From Ginkgo biloba (Eukaryota > Plantae > Ginkgophyta), in assembly GCA_024626585.2 (NCBI GenBank), contig JANKJI020000002.1, positions 214,961,295-214,983,390 of the forward strand: a DNA stretch of 22,096 nt, read 5' to 3'. A program made the translations under genes and the position numbers. Of this stretch, positions 11,901 to 22,096 are shown piece after piece. The number at the start of each line of letters is the position of its first letter. The stretch's first letter is position 1. Below the pieces are notes generated by a model. It was given only the letters and a program-made list of their open reading frames with translations. It did no database searches and was not told the origin of the DNA.

Positions 11901-12169
11901 TGGTGAGATATTATAGGATCCAAATACCATGCATAGATGTCATTGTAAGTAGGCAAGGCAAGTAAAACAATTGGGAGTCGTGAGGCCAATGGCAAAGAAC
12001 ATAGGAGGCCAAACTATAAAGAAAAATCAATGCAACTCCAATGACAAATGATTTGATAGTAGAGTGAGTCAATTCTATTCAAAATCCATAAAAATGTTTG
12101 ATGTAAAAGCCAAAAGAGAGCATTGCAGGTGCTAAGAAAAAAATTCAATTTTTTTTATTTTTTCCCAAG
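8966..12169 (+). mobile_element. Putative old LTR plus 5' leader plus highly decayed gag of an LTR retrotransposon
   Basis: Non-coding LTR-like DNA with a GA-rich tract (10150-10290). Possible LTR end ...ggtctataca at 11054 followed by a very degenerate PBS-like ttttttaaatgagc. Gag-like fragments KLK*/..QETIE (~11717-11750) and DPNTM..DVIV..ARQVKQL (~11917-11973). Confidence 0.35.
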
Positions 12170-12719
12170 NNNNNNNNNNNNNNNNNNNNNNNNNNNNNNN
12201 NNNNNNNNNNNNNNNNNNNNNNNNNNNNNNNNNNNNNNNNNNNNNNNNNNNNNNNNNNNNNNNNNNNNNCCCAAGTTAGGACTTTAGGAAAAATATAATT
12301 AAAAAGTTCTCAACTTGAGTCCATTGCCAAGTCATGTGTAAGAAAGGGGATAACCCTTTTCTTCAATCATTTATTTGTATTTTTTAATTTTTAAAAATAT
12401 AGTTACCAGTAAAATTTAATTTTCTCTCATCTAAATAAGGTCATATTGAAGATTTTGGACATCTTGCATGATGATCGATGATCCTATTTTTTAAATACCC
12501 TCTACCTACATGTTGACTGATATCTTAGAGTAATCTTGACACCTTACAAGGTCAATGAATGTATGTAAGTCCAAAATCAATAAGAATATTCATTTTTATA
12601 GTATGGAAAGCCTGATTTTAGCTTACACTGGTGGGTTTTACTTTTTGTAGTGTGTGTATGATTATTTTGTGTCTATTTTTAAATTTTTAAGAAATGGAAA
12701 TCATGAATATTATAACTGA

Positions 12720-13325
12720 ATATACCTCTTATAGGCAAACCTCTATCCCTAGGCAAAATACTAGTCTGACTGGATAGAATGTTTAGTAGACAAGTTTTAA
12801 GGGGATAGAATAGCCTAGGTGTTAGCATTATGGCAAGCATGGACGTCTAAGGAAGGACTACATAAAGTTATAGCAATAAAAGAGGTAGTCATAGCATAAA
12901 GAAAATAAGGATATAAGTTAGACAAGGACTTAGTCTTCTAGGGGAGATAAGAAAGAGAAAATTGCATCTTATTAGGTGAAGAATGATCTCAATGATGCCT
13001 AGTATATTGATTCATAAGCAACTAGACACATGACTAGTAGATTAGAGTGGTTTAAGTACATGTGGGAGGTGATAGGTTAGAAAATAACACTTGGAGATTA
13101 CACAATGCTAAAAATAGAAGGGATTGGTTAAGTACCCATCATCACTCTAAATGGAGAAAAAAGTGCATACATAGATGATGTTCTCTATGTACATGGTCCA
13201 AAGGCCAACCTTATCTCTATAATGTATATTGAATAATAGGATATAAGTTTTATATTTTAACATGAAAAATGCACTATCAAAGATAGTAAGAATAAGGTGG
13301 TGGTTAAAGTCACTCGAGAAAATAA
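12720..13325 (+). mobile_element. Ty1/copia gag zinc knuckle plus aspartic protease relic
   Basis: C*HYGKHGRLRKDY from 12820 (decayed CX2CX4HX4C). *YIDS*ATRHMTSRLEWF from 13000 (WYIDSGASRHMT motif). ITLGDYTMLKIEGIG*V...IDDVLYVHGPKANLISI...F*HEKCTIKD. Confidence 0.9.
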
Positions 13326-13425
13326 NNNNNNNNNNNNNNNNNNNNNNNNNNNNNNNNNNNNNNNNNNNNNNNNNNNNNNNNNNNNNNNNNNNNNNNNNNN
13401 NNNNNNNNNNNNNNNNNNNNNNNNN

Positions 13426-14632
13426 CATCAAATTCAAGAATGGTTTGTAAAATCTATTTCATAGAAACTTTAAAAGTCATAATTGAAATCAAAGCCATAT
13501 GTAACAAAAGTACCCTTCTAAATTTATCTAAAGAGAAATGTAATATATTACCATTATTATTTATAAATGATAGATAATGTGAACATTTGGTGGAGAAAGA
13601 AAGGAGAAGAAAGGAAAAAAAGGAAGAGAAATGACTATGATGTGTATGTGTGTATGTTCTTATAACCTTAATGATGACAAATATCCAATAGTATTTAATA
13701 AGATAATGATTAATAATAATAACTCTTCCATAAGATTTAGCAGATTGAAAAATAAAAGAGCCAATGTTTTTTATGTGAAGACTCATGGTTGAAAGGATAT
13801 GTTTGCAAGAAATCATAAAAGTAGTTCTTTATGATAAAATCATTAGATGAAAAATCTAAAGTTTATTAGGAACCTAAAAAATAATAAGAATAAGTATTAG
13901 TAGATGATCATAAAAGTTCATAATCTAATAATAATGATATTAACAACATCATCCAAGAAACACCTATACAAATGGAGAAGGTTAAAATGTCACTCTTAGT
14001 AATGTTGAGTCTTCAATGATTGGATACATTAAATGTCCATGGATTTATACATAATAACAAAGGTTGTGGTAGAATCTAGAAGTACATATAATTTTTATAA
14101 TTTGGAAAATATCAAGGCTATACAACAATCACATAAGACCCTTTCCAGTATAGCTTCTAGGACACAAGTCATTGACATGTAAGGGTGTGATAAAAATATC
14201 AGTCTAATAATGAAAAAATATATGTTGATTACAAGCTTCTTCACACTACCAATTAAAGGATTAGACATTATCTTAGGTATTCAATGGCATAGAACATTTG
14301 ACACTTATGGTAAAAACTATAGTAAGAACTTTATGAAATTCAAACTTGACAAAGTCAATTATATAAACCATTATACATATCTTCCACATACTCAACTAGT
14401 TAATTCAAAAACTTGGATAGTATACTTCGCAAAGGCCACATTAGTTTTATTACAAGATTATATTGCATGAAAGCACAAGTATAGGAGATCAAGAGTAGCT
14501 CATCCCAATTCAAGTACATAGAGGAATAAAAGAAGGATCTAGATATAGTTCTATAAAAACACCATAAGCTTTTCGAAGATCTTCCCAAGTGCTTGTGACT
14601 AGATAGTGGAATGGAGCACATCATTAGAATAA
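13426..14632 (+). mobile_element. Ty3/gypsy (chromovirus/IFG-like) gag C-terminus, protease and pre-RT linker relic
   Basis: CFLCEDSWLKGYVC knuckle (~13765-13807). VESRSTYNF at 14069 (decayed IDSGSTHNF). ORF 14210-14470 contains MKKYML..FFTLPIKGLDIILGIQWHRTF...FMKF. DLDIVL*KHHKLFEDLPKCL*LDSGMEHII (~14536-14625). Confidence 0.85.
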
Positions 14633-15304
14633 ATCCTATTGTGGGGATCTGTGATGCTTATCAGACTAGCCATAATGTTCATTCACTACTAAATGTAGTG
14701 GGAATTCATAATTTTTCCTAAGACAAGAAATAAAAGAGAAGGTAAAATACACTTGTCAGTTATTATTCACTAATTTATGGAAGCTAATTAATAAAATATA
14801 TGGTCAATAACAGATCGTAACCATTAGATTGTGAGGACATGGATGATCTAGTATATAGGTACTGAGAGCTAGCATAGATGAATGTTAATATAATGCCAAA
14901 GTTCCAAGTTTCTACCACTATGTAGTGATACAACCATATGATGGAAGTTATGGATGATGTGGCGAGAGGAATGGTTGAGAGAAGATAAGTGGATGGTGAT
15001 AATATGATTGGTCCTATGATATGTGTATATGATTATCACAGACAAAGGCTAATGTAGTTTTAAAGTCTAATTTATTTTTTTCCATTAAAATGTGATTTAA
15101 GACTACATGATAGATTTGGTATGCCCTTGGAACACCAAAGGATCTCATGCATCTAACTAAGATTATTGGTTATGACCTCCAGTTCTCCTTAATGGAAAAT
15201 CTTAGAACACAAGTATCTTTGGTGATGAAATTCAAAGGCTTATAGAGGAGATTATTCAACTTGATGGCTACAATCAAGTGGGAAGGTTAAATCAAGTTAT
15301 TATC

Positions 15305-16465
15305 TTTTTTTAAGTTAAAGGAATATATATTAAAAGGAGAAAAGTTTATAAGACCATGAGAATAGTTATCTGAGATACTGTGGTAAACTATGAAAAATCC
15401 CAATCGGCCAACTGCCAGGGGAACCAGACATGACTAGAGATTGAATACTTCCAAAAAAAAGCACCACATAACATTAAATTGCATAACTTCACAACCATGA
15501 GTTGGTCATAAAAAAACCAAACCTAGAAACTTTGGAAAAATAAAATAAACCCTTAAATAGGCCTAACCAGAAGCCTCCAAAAGGAGAGAGGCAGAGAACT
15601 CTTGAATGGGTGTTAAGAAGCAGATACCACGCAGGGCACCAAGGAACAAACCAAAAATCCTAATGAATTGCAAGCCTAAAAAATTAACAGAACACATGAA
15701 CAGGGCTCCAAGTAGGTGCAAAATATACTGTTGTTACCTCCATGCTGCCAGGTAACTAACCTTCGAGTTGAAAGATTTTGAATAACTTCCCAAATCAAAG
15801 TGTTAAGAAGTAGGAATGGCTTCAGAACATAGATCCCACACCACCTGGAGTGCCAACCAACCAAATGAAAATCGAGAGCACAACTGAGTTTAAGAGAAGG
15901 CCATCATGTGAGAAGGAAATTGTTGCTTCCATATTGCTAGGTAACAGAGGAGGCAAAGATNNNNNNNNNNNNNNNNNNNNNNNNNNNNNNNNNNNNNNNN
16001 NNNNNNNNNCCTCTAAAATCGAGATGTACAACCCTTAAACAAGCAAAAAGAGGCCTTTAAACGAGCCGAAGCAAACCCTTTAACGAGTTCAAGAAGAGAA
16101 CAACCTTTTAACAAGTAACGAATAGAAGAACACCATTGAATGGTTCCCCACTTTGAAGGCCCAAGAAGAACCACCACGAAAGAACCATGCCTCTAAGAGG
16201 CCCGAACCCTTGAACAGAAAGAGAATCGAGAAAAGAGGCCCTATAGAATCTAAGAATGGGTTGCCACTAGAAAACCACCATCAATCCACAATGCAGTAAT
16301 GGGGAGCTGACTATAATCTATTCTTGAGAAGCCTACTCAGAGAGGGACGAGGAGAAACACTAAGAGGCCAATTGGGGGAGGACGTCGTGATCGAAAGGAC
16401 ACAAGAGAGCCAACATAATCAAAAGGTCGCCATTACCTCTATGGGCAGAAACCCTAGCAGAGCCT
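15305..16465 (-). mobile_element. Putative non-autonomous LINE-derived retroposon (~1.15 kb), younger than its neighbours
   Basis: T7 run at 15305-15311 (A-tail on the minus strand). At the other end, aaaccctag (16449-16457) lies just upstream of a minus-strand ATG GCG (16433), a layout typical of plant LINE 5' ends. Higher GC and many intact CpGs with sharp compositional borders. No RT motifs seen. Confidence 0.45.
16031..16115. repeat. Degenerate short tandem repeat, core RCCYTWWAACRAG
   Basis: acccttaaacaag (16031), gcctttaaacgag (16053), accctttaacgag (16075), accttttaacaag (16103). Spacing is 22, 22 and 28 bp. A further copy acccttgaacag lies at 16206. Confidence 0.7.
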
Positions 16466-16959
16466 TATTTTTACCTCCCAAAATGTATACGTACTATTAT
16501 CATAGGATTACCCATGAGCATATATGCCTTGATGGTGACACATATAGTCAAATATATGATTATATTACTAATAATATGCATATTCTTATTAATAGATTAG
16601 TTAAAATCATAAAGTGAAATTCAAACTAATTCATCATTTTATTCATTAACAAATGAGGAGGTGGTAAAACATGTTAATTATTAAATTATGTATTAAATAT
16701 TTTAATAATGTTATGTAATGATATGTAAAAATGTCATATTCCTATATATCCATTTGTATATTTTTCCTTAAGTTATATATCTTATTATGTACTTATNNNN
16801 NNNNNNNNNNNNNNNNNNNNNNNNNNNNNNNNNNNNNNNNNNNNNNNNNNNNNNNNNNNNNNNNNNNNNNNNNNNNNNNNNNNNNNNNNNNNNNNNTGTA
16901 TTATTATGATCACAATTATTTGTTATATAATGGTAATCATGCCTTTAGGTCATTATAAT

Positions 16960-18700
16960 GATACATTTGGAGCTAAAACATATGGATTTAGAAGTTGATT
17001 AGATAATCAATTGTGGTTATCAACATATTGCCATTTTGCCTATAGCATGAGAGACTAAGATAATTGTAGATGTGACCTAGAGTTTGTGAAAGAAGTTGAA
17101 TCAATTAATCTAACTACGAAGGATAAAATAACAACAAAGGAACATGTAATTAAGAACCTTGAGGAGGATGTAGATGCTTCTCTTATAAAGTAAGTTGATG
17201 ATAAAGAAGAATAAGATAGCTCAAGGATCATGATTTGATTGACACCAAGGAAGAGCTCATAAGCTGCTTCGTTAATTGCCCCACATCAAATCTCTTCACC
17301 GTTGGCCATGGAATAAAAACGAGATGGTGAAGACAAATCTTTATCAACCAAGTAATTTATTCCACTTAGTAATATATTTAGAAAAGGGAAGATATCATAT
17401 CTCTAACTATAAGGATTACAAATAGAAGACTCCAACTCTAATAACCCTCTTCGATTTTAGGGGTATAAGTTGTAATATAGTTGGGATATTCTAGGGTGTA
17501 TTAGATATATATAAGAGCTTAGAGTTTCCAATTAGAGTGTGTGTAAGAAGTGAAGGATAACTAAGAAAAGAATATGAAGTGTATAAAGAGAGTGATAAAG
17601 TAATAACTTAGAGCCTTGTAGGAAGTCTTATTTATTTTGGAACTTATATTTTTGCATTATTTGACATTGCAGTCTCTACTTAAGGAGAATAAAGTTGACA
17701 AACTCTATATGTGGTTGGTAATTTAGGCAGCTTTAGAGAAATGAAGTCACAAGCCCCATCTTTAAATAAATTATATTCAATGCTCTAAAAGAATGAAAAT
17801 TGAGTGAGTTAAACCCTTAGATAGGTCTATAAATGTAGACAAGTGGAGATTTGGCCAAGTAAAGGAAAAAAAAGTCATTATTAGATCAAAAATAAAAGTA
17901 GAAGATAAATGATGGATACAATTAAAATTCACAAAATTATTTAAATATAATGAAGAATATTATTGGTAATGCTTTACTTATTTTAATCAATTGTATTATT
18001 TCTTTTTCTTAATGAGCATGCTCTATTTTATTATGTTTATCATATGGTTGGCTTTGTTGCCTAATTCAATTGAATAACTTCATGACATAGTTATCTTTAT
18101 CTTTACATTACTTGGTTGGATTGTAATTCTTTAAGATAATGATTTGATGGATTCAACAACTTATTATTGTCCAATTTATTACCTTTACTACATGCTTGAT
18201 TAAATTGGATTTGCAACCAATAATTGTTATGATTTCCATGCCCTAATTGGATGAATATATGATGGCTAATACAATATAGTACTTATTGTGCTTCTTAACC
18301 TTGATCAATTAAGTTAACATTTATTTTATCTCTTTATTAATTGATTATGTGATTTAAATTTACATAATGTTATAAGAATTGACTAGAAATTGTAATTCCT
18401 TTACATTATTGAGATTTGGATCATAATTAATTTTGAAATCCATTTTAAAGTGTTGATAGAATTTTGACATCCTTGTGAATCCTCATTGATTGCCATTGAA
18501 CCTTTTTGTATCTAACCAAATAACTTACATAATTAGAACCTAATGCGAATTGCGCCCTACTAAGTTGATGGTAGATCAATGTTTTAGCCTCCTATGTCAA
18601 TACAAAATAAACATAGTTCTTGAGATGTTATAATCTATTTTGATTTCACCAAATCTAGTCAGTTAACAACTAGGATAGATTGAGGGAGAATTCATCAACA
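16960..18700 (+). mobile_element. LTR-like non-coding segment (possible solo or long LTR)
   Basis: TATA-like tatatataag (~17507-17516) followed by a GA/GT-rich R-like tract and a long T-rich U5-like region ending ...catcaaca (18700). No partner LTR or TSD verified. Confidence 0.3.
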
Positions 18701-19348
18701 AGTGATTTTTCTATTAGATTATTTTTGGGAGTCACTTTGATTTCCTATGATGTTTCATGGTATATAAAGANNNNNNNNNNNNNNNNNNNNNNNNNNNNNN
18801 NNNNNNNNNNNNNNNNNNNNNNNNNNNNNNNNNNNNNNNNNNNNNNNNNNNNNNNNNNNNNNNNNNNNNNNNNNNNNNNNNNNNNNNNNNNNNNNNNNNN
18901 NNNNNNNNNNNNNNNNNNNNNNNNNNNNNNNNNNNNNNNNNNNNNNNNNNNNNNNNNNNNNNNNNNNNNNNNNNNNNNNNNNNNNNNNNNNNNNNNNNNN
19001 NNNNNNNNNNNNNNNNNNNNNNNNNNNNNNNNNNNNNNNNNNNNNNNNNNNNNNNNNNNNNNNNNNNNNNNNNNNNNNNNNNNNNNNNNNNNNNNNNNNN
19101 NNNNNNNNNNNNNNNNNNNNNNNNNNNNNNNNNNNNNNNNNNNNNNNNNNNNNNNNNNNNNNNNNNNNNNNNNNNNNNNNNNNNNNNNNNNNNNNNNNNN
19201 NNNNNNNNNNNNNNNNNNNNNNNNNNNNNNNNNNNNNNNNNNNNNNNNNNNNNNNNNNNNNNNNNNNNNNNNNNNNNNNNNNNNNNNNNNNNNNNNNNNN
19301 NNNNNNNNNNNNNNNNNNNNNNNNNGATAAATCCTCCCTAACCCCCAC

Positions 19349-19465
19349 TATAAAACAAATCCTCGTGAAATCAATTTCTTTGCCCTATCTAGCCCGTATA
19401 TTTGAACGGTCAGGATCGACTTGGCAAATGCGGTGTTTTAAGGCTAGGGTTTAAGCATAGGGTTT
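19349..19465 (+). promoter_or_regulatory. RPL27A promoter/leader: TATA-like box, site II-like motif and two telo-boxes
   Basis: TATAAAA at 19349-19355. AGCCCG at 19391-19396 (site II is AGCCCA/TGGGCY, so one mismatch). TAGGGTTT (reverse of telo-box AAACCCTA) at 19445-19452 and 19458-19465. Telo-boxes are established elements of plant ribosomal-protein genes. Confidence 0.7.
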
Positions 19466-19530
19466 GTTGGCAGCAGAGACAGATTACCCTCTGCACTGGT
19501 CCTTTTTTGTAGTGTCAAAGAAAGCAAGCA

Positions 19531-19968
19531 ATGACGACCAGATTGAAGAAGAACAGGAAGAAGAGGGGCCATGTCAGTGCAGGCCATGGACGTATCGGCA
19601 AACACAGAAAACATCCTGGTGGGCGTGGTAATGCTGGTGGTATGCATCACCATCGTATTCTTTTTGACAAGTTCCATCCCGGATACTTCGGAAAGGTTGG
19701 CATGAGACATTTTCACAAACTCAGAAACAGGTATTTCTGTCCCATTGTTAATGTAGATAAGTTATGGTCTCTGGTTCCTGAAGATCTCAAGGCCAAGGCA
19801 ACTCCAGAAAATGCTCCATTGTTGGATGTCACACAGTTTGGTTATTTCAAAGTTTTGGGCAAAGGCGATCTTCCCTCGCAGCCTCTTGTTGTCAAAGCAA
19901 AACTCGTCTCTAAATCAGCAGAGAAAAAAATCAAGGAAGCCGGAGGCGCGGTGCTTTTGACTGCGTAA
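19531..19968 (+). CDS. RPL27A: Cytosolic 60S ribosomal protein L27a (uL15)
   Basis: Intact 145-aa ORF with the diagnostic [50 protein letters not shown] and GYFKVLGKG...[16 protein letters not shown]. Plant-type N- and C-termini, good start context (gcaATG), CpGs retained. Confidence 0.98.
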   Translation: MTTRLKKNRKKRGHVSAGHGRIGKHRKHPGGRGNAGGMHHHRILFDKFHPGYFGKVGMRHFHKLRNRYFCPIVNVDKLWSLVPEDLKAKATPENAPLLDVTQFGYFKVLGKGDLPSQPLVVKAKLVSKSAEKKIKEAGGAVLLTA

Positions 19969-19972
19969 CCAG

Positions 19973-20433
19973 GTCGGTTATTTCATATATATTAATCTTT
20001 TTAAATTTATAAAATTTCTGAAATCAGTATTAGCCAGCATATCAGCACTCCATTTTTTTTGCCTTTCACTTTTTATTGTGATTAATTTAATTATATATTT
20101 GCTTTATTTCATATATTTTGAACACTACGTTAATGCAATTTTTTCTTAAATATGTTGAAATCTGTAGGGACAGTATATTGATGTGAAGCAAACAGTTACC
20201 ACACCTTTTGATTTATTTAATTAAGTTTACAACTTATTTTAACTTCATATTTTTCGTTATTATTATTATAATTATTCGCATTATTTGTTTCTATATTATA
20301 TTTTTTCACAGCATCACAGGGTATTTTCTTAGGTTCAATGTAATGAGTCTCAATTAGTGTATTAGGAAGAATCATGCATTCGCATTTATATCCTTCATAA
20401 TTTTAGTTTTGTTTTATATTCTACCATTTGCAG
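19973..20433 (+). other. Predicted 3'-UTR intron region of RPL27A (one intron, or two introns around a 9-nt exon)
   Basis: Donor CAG|GTCGGT 4 nt after TAA, then very T/A-rich sequence. Acceptors ttttttcacAG (20311) and ttttgttttatattctaccatttgcAG|G (20433). Internal donor AGG|GTATTT at 20321. Confidence 0.6.
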
Positions 20434-21152
20434 GAACGTTGCAATTATCCATGCTCTGGGCTTTTCTGAATTTCCACGAGTCTAGTATGCGGTTGTCATA
20501 AATTCACTGCCATAATGAAGCCATACCTACTGAAAATAATCCTAATGTTTTTATAATGTATAGATATATTAATCATATGCTTTCCATATTCATTTATAGA
20601 TCCNNNNNNNNNNNNNNNNNNNNNNNNNNNNNNNNNNNNNNNNNNNNNNNNNNNNNNNNNNNNNNNNNNNNNNNNNNNNNNNNNNNNNNNNNNNNNNNNN
20701 NNNTCTTCTAGATTCCCCTTCTTGCACAAACCCCAAGACTCTCAACGAAATCACATTCCTTAATAAACTCATTGTCGGGCTCCATATCGGTTCCCTACAT
20801 CCCTCCATCTTGTCATTGTCACCCAACAATTTCATAAGAATAGAGAAAGGTTCACAAGATGACCGTTTAAGATCTAAATTGTTGCAATGATGCCAAATTG
20901 TTCACTATTGAAGTTTTTGTTTAGCATGCATAATAGACTACAATATATTACAATCATTCAATATGAGGTGAGTGGAAACCCATGGGCCTAGCCTAGTGCT
21001 ACCCCCAACACTACTCCAATAATTCTTCTACGTACACAAGGGTGAATCATACTTGGAATGACTACAATGATTTTCAAATGACATTAAATAGGATTGAATG
21101 GAGTTGATTCCATATCTGATTGCAAGTGCTCCTAACAAATCCCCTTTATCCC

Positions 21153-22096
21153 TTTTTTTTTTTTTAAAGATGGTTTCATTAATTGTTAAATTAGACAAAA
21201 TACAAACATTAACAATAAAAAATGAGAAGGATCATAATGCGAATGCCCATCTACCTGCCAAATCAAGGAACAAAGGAGTAGGTTGGCATTGCCTACTATC
21301 AAAAGGCGTTGCATGCATGGTTGACACAAAGACCCACTAGAGGTAACAAAAAAACATTAGCAACATGTAAATCAATAAGAGTTGGGACAATAGGTGCTTC
21401 AAGAATTGAAAATCCTCTATCATCAAGTGCCCTTTAGGGGAGAGGTAGTCATCCAAGGACACTAGATTCCTAAACTAGAGCTTCTAATTAACCAACCCTA
21501 AGGGCGAGGTACTCCTATAAGGGTTGAAAACAAAGTGGATGCCCCATAGGGCACTGTGACACAACACAAGATTAACCATAGGACCCTACTCTACATAAGA
21601 AGGGCCTAGATAACATTAACCTCAATCTTTGGGGAACCTTACAAAGTTTTGAAAAGAAAGAGGCCATTGATATAACGTTTTTGCTACACTAGGTCTATCT
21701 CTCATTAATTGATCCTCATCATTGAAGAAAACTCTATTGAACCACTAGTTTCTATAGCTTGTTTAGAAATGTTGCAACAAAGGCAAACCACCATCTTGAG
21801 AAGGACATGAACTTCATGTTCAACTTCTCCAAGGCACAATAATCACTTCCAAAGTTGTTGGGCACTAGCAAGCAATCACCAATTGCTTAGGGACTTCCAC
21901 ACTATTGTGTATTTCATGTTAAGTATCTTCTCCCACTCGTTAACTGCCAAAGGCCTCACATCCTGAGCAATAATTGAGGGACATTCTCTCTAGATAGAAT
22001 AAAGCAACACGATTCACTAGAGCTTCCTTCCTTCTACATAACATGATATATTGCTCTCATCTTGGCTAGCATCCACCAAAATGCACCCTACATTTT
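21153..22096 (-). mobile_element. Putative 3' end of a LINE (A-tail, 3' UTR, decayed C-terminal zinc-knuckle region)
   Basis: T13 run at 21153-21165. Minus-strand LCLGEVEHEVHVLLK (VEHEVHVLL at 21798-21824) resembles the C..C...VE.E.H.LL.C motif ending non-LTR ORF2 proteins. Confidence 0.45.

Noticed and set aside
12720-14632. Chimeric copia-gypsy polyprotein with two proteases
   Set aside because: The two parts are separated by a 100-N gap of probably unknown size. Separate insertions are more parsimonious.
15100-15300. Possible LINE post-RT fragment (SP*WKILEHKYLW)
   Set aside because: A single short motif, not enough to support a feature.
16031-16217. Regularly spaced repeats as a CRISPR-like array
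   Set aside because: The core is 13 bp and degenerate with spacers of 9-15 bp, the context is eukaryotic TE DNA, and there are no cas genes.
17293-17333. Hairpin tcttcaccgt...atggtgaaga
   Set aside because: A 10-bp stem is far too short for a miRNA precursor and is expected by chance in LTR-like DNA.
3317-19348. Long ORFs made mostly of X (3317-3765, 10237-10809, 18680-19348 and others)
   Set aside because: Artefacts of N-runs.
19636-19656. Met in GGMHHHR at the position of yeast Rpl28/Cyh2 Q38 (cycloheximide-resistance site)
   Set aside because: GGMHHHR is the usual plant sequence, so it is not a resistance variant.
19444-19716. 90-aa antisense ORF overlapping RPL27A
   Set aside because: Shadow of the conserved sense CDS, with no independent motif or promoter evidence.
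19531-19968. RPL27A as a processed pseudogene because the CDS has no intron
   Set aside because: The ORF is intact, CpGs are retained, telo-boxes lie upstream, a predicted intron follows the stop, and there is no poly(A) tail or TSD.

Overview
AT-rich plant nuclear DNA, probably gymnosperm-like (an inference from the style of the retroelement proteins), broken by 14 N-runs. Most of the window is a graveyard of old, CpG/CHG-decayed retrotransposon fragments: a minus-strand Ty3/gypsy gag-protease (1-1675), an L1-type LINE ORF2 with RT, zinc-finger and RNase H plus a long 3' UTR (1997-5641), a second LINE ORF1 directly behind it (5646-6290), a ~2.1 kb decayed ORF resembling the uncharacterised extra ORF of gymnosperm LTR elements (6391-8538), a TRIM-like element with only ~50 bp between PBS and PPT (8639-8965), copia and gypsy gag/protease relics (11.4-14.6 kb), a younger CpG-retaining ~1.15 kb retroposon (15305-16465), LTR-like DNA and a LINE 3' end. 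The only intact gene is cytosolic ribosomal protein uL15/RPL27A (19531-19968, +). It has an uninterrupted CDS, tandem telo-boxes upstream and a predicted 3'-UTR intron starting 4 nt after the stop, possibly with a 9-nt microexon. I see no convincing new multi-gene system. The best leads are the RPL27A 3'-UTR splicing architecture, the minimal TRIM, the unnamed retroelement extra ORF and the head-to-tail LINE pair. All translations of relics were done by eye and their boundaries are approximate.
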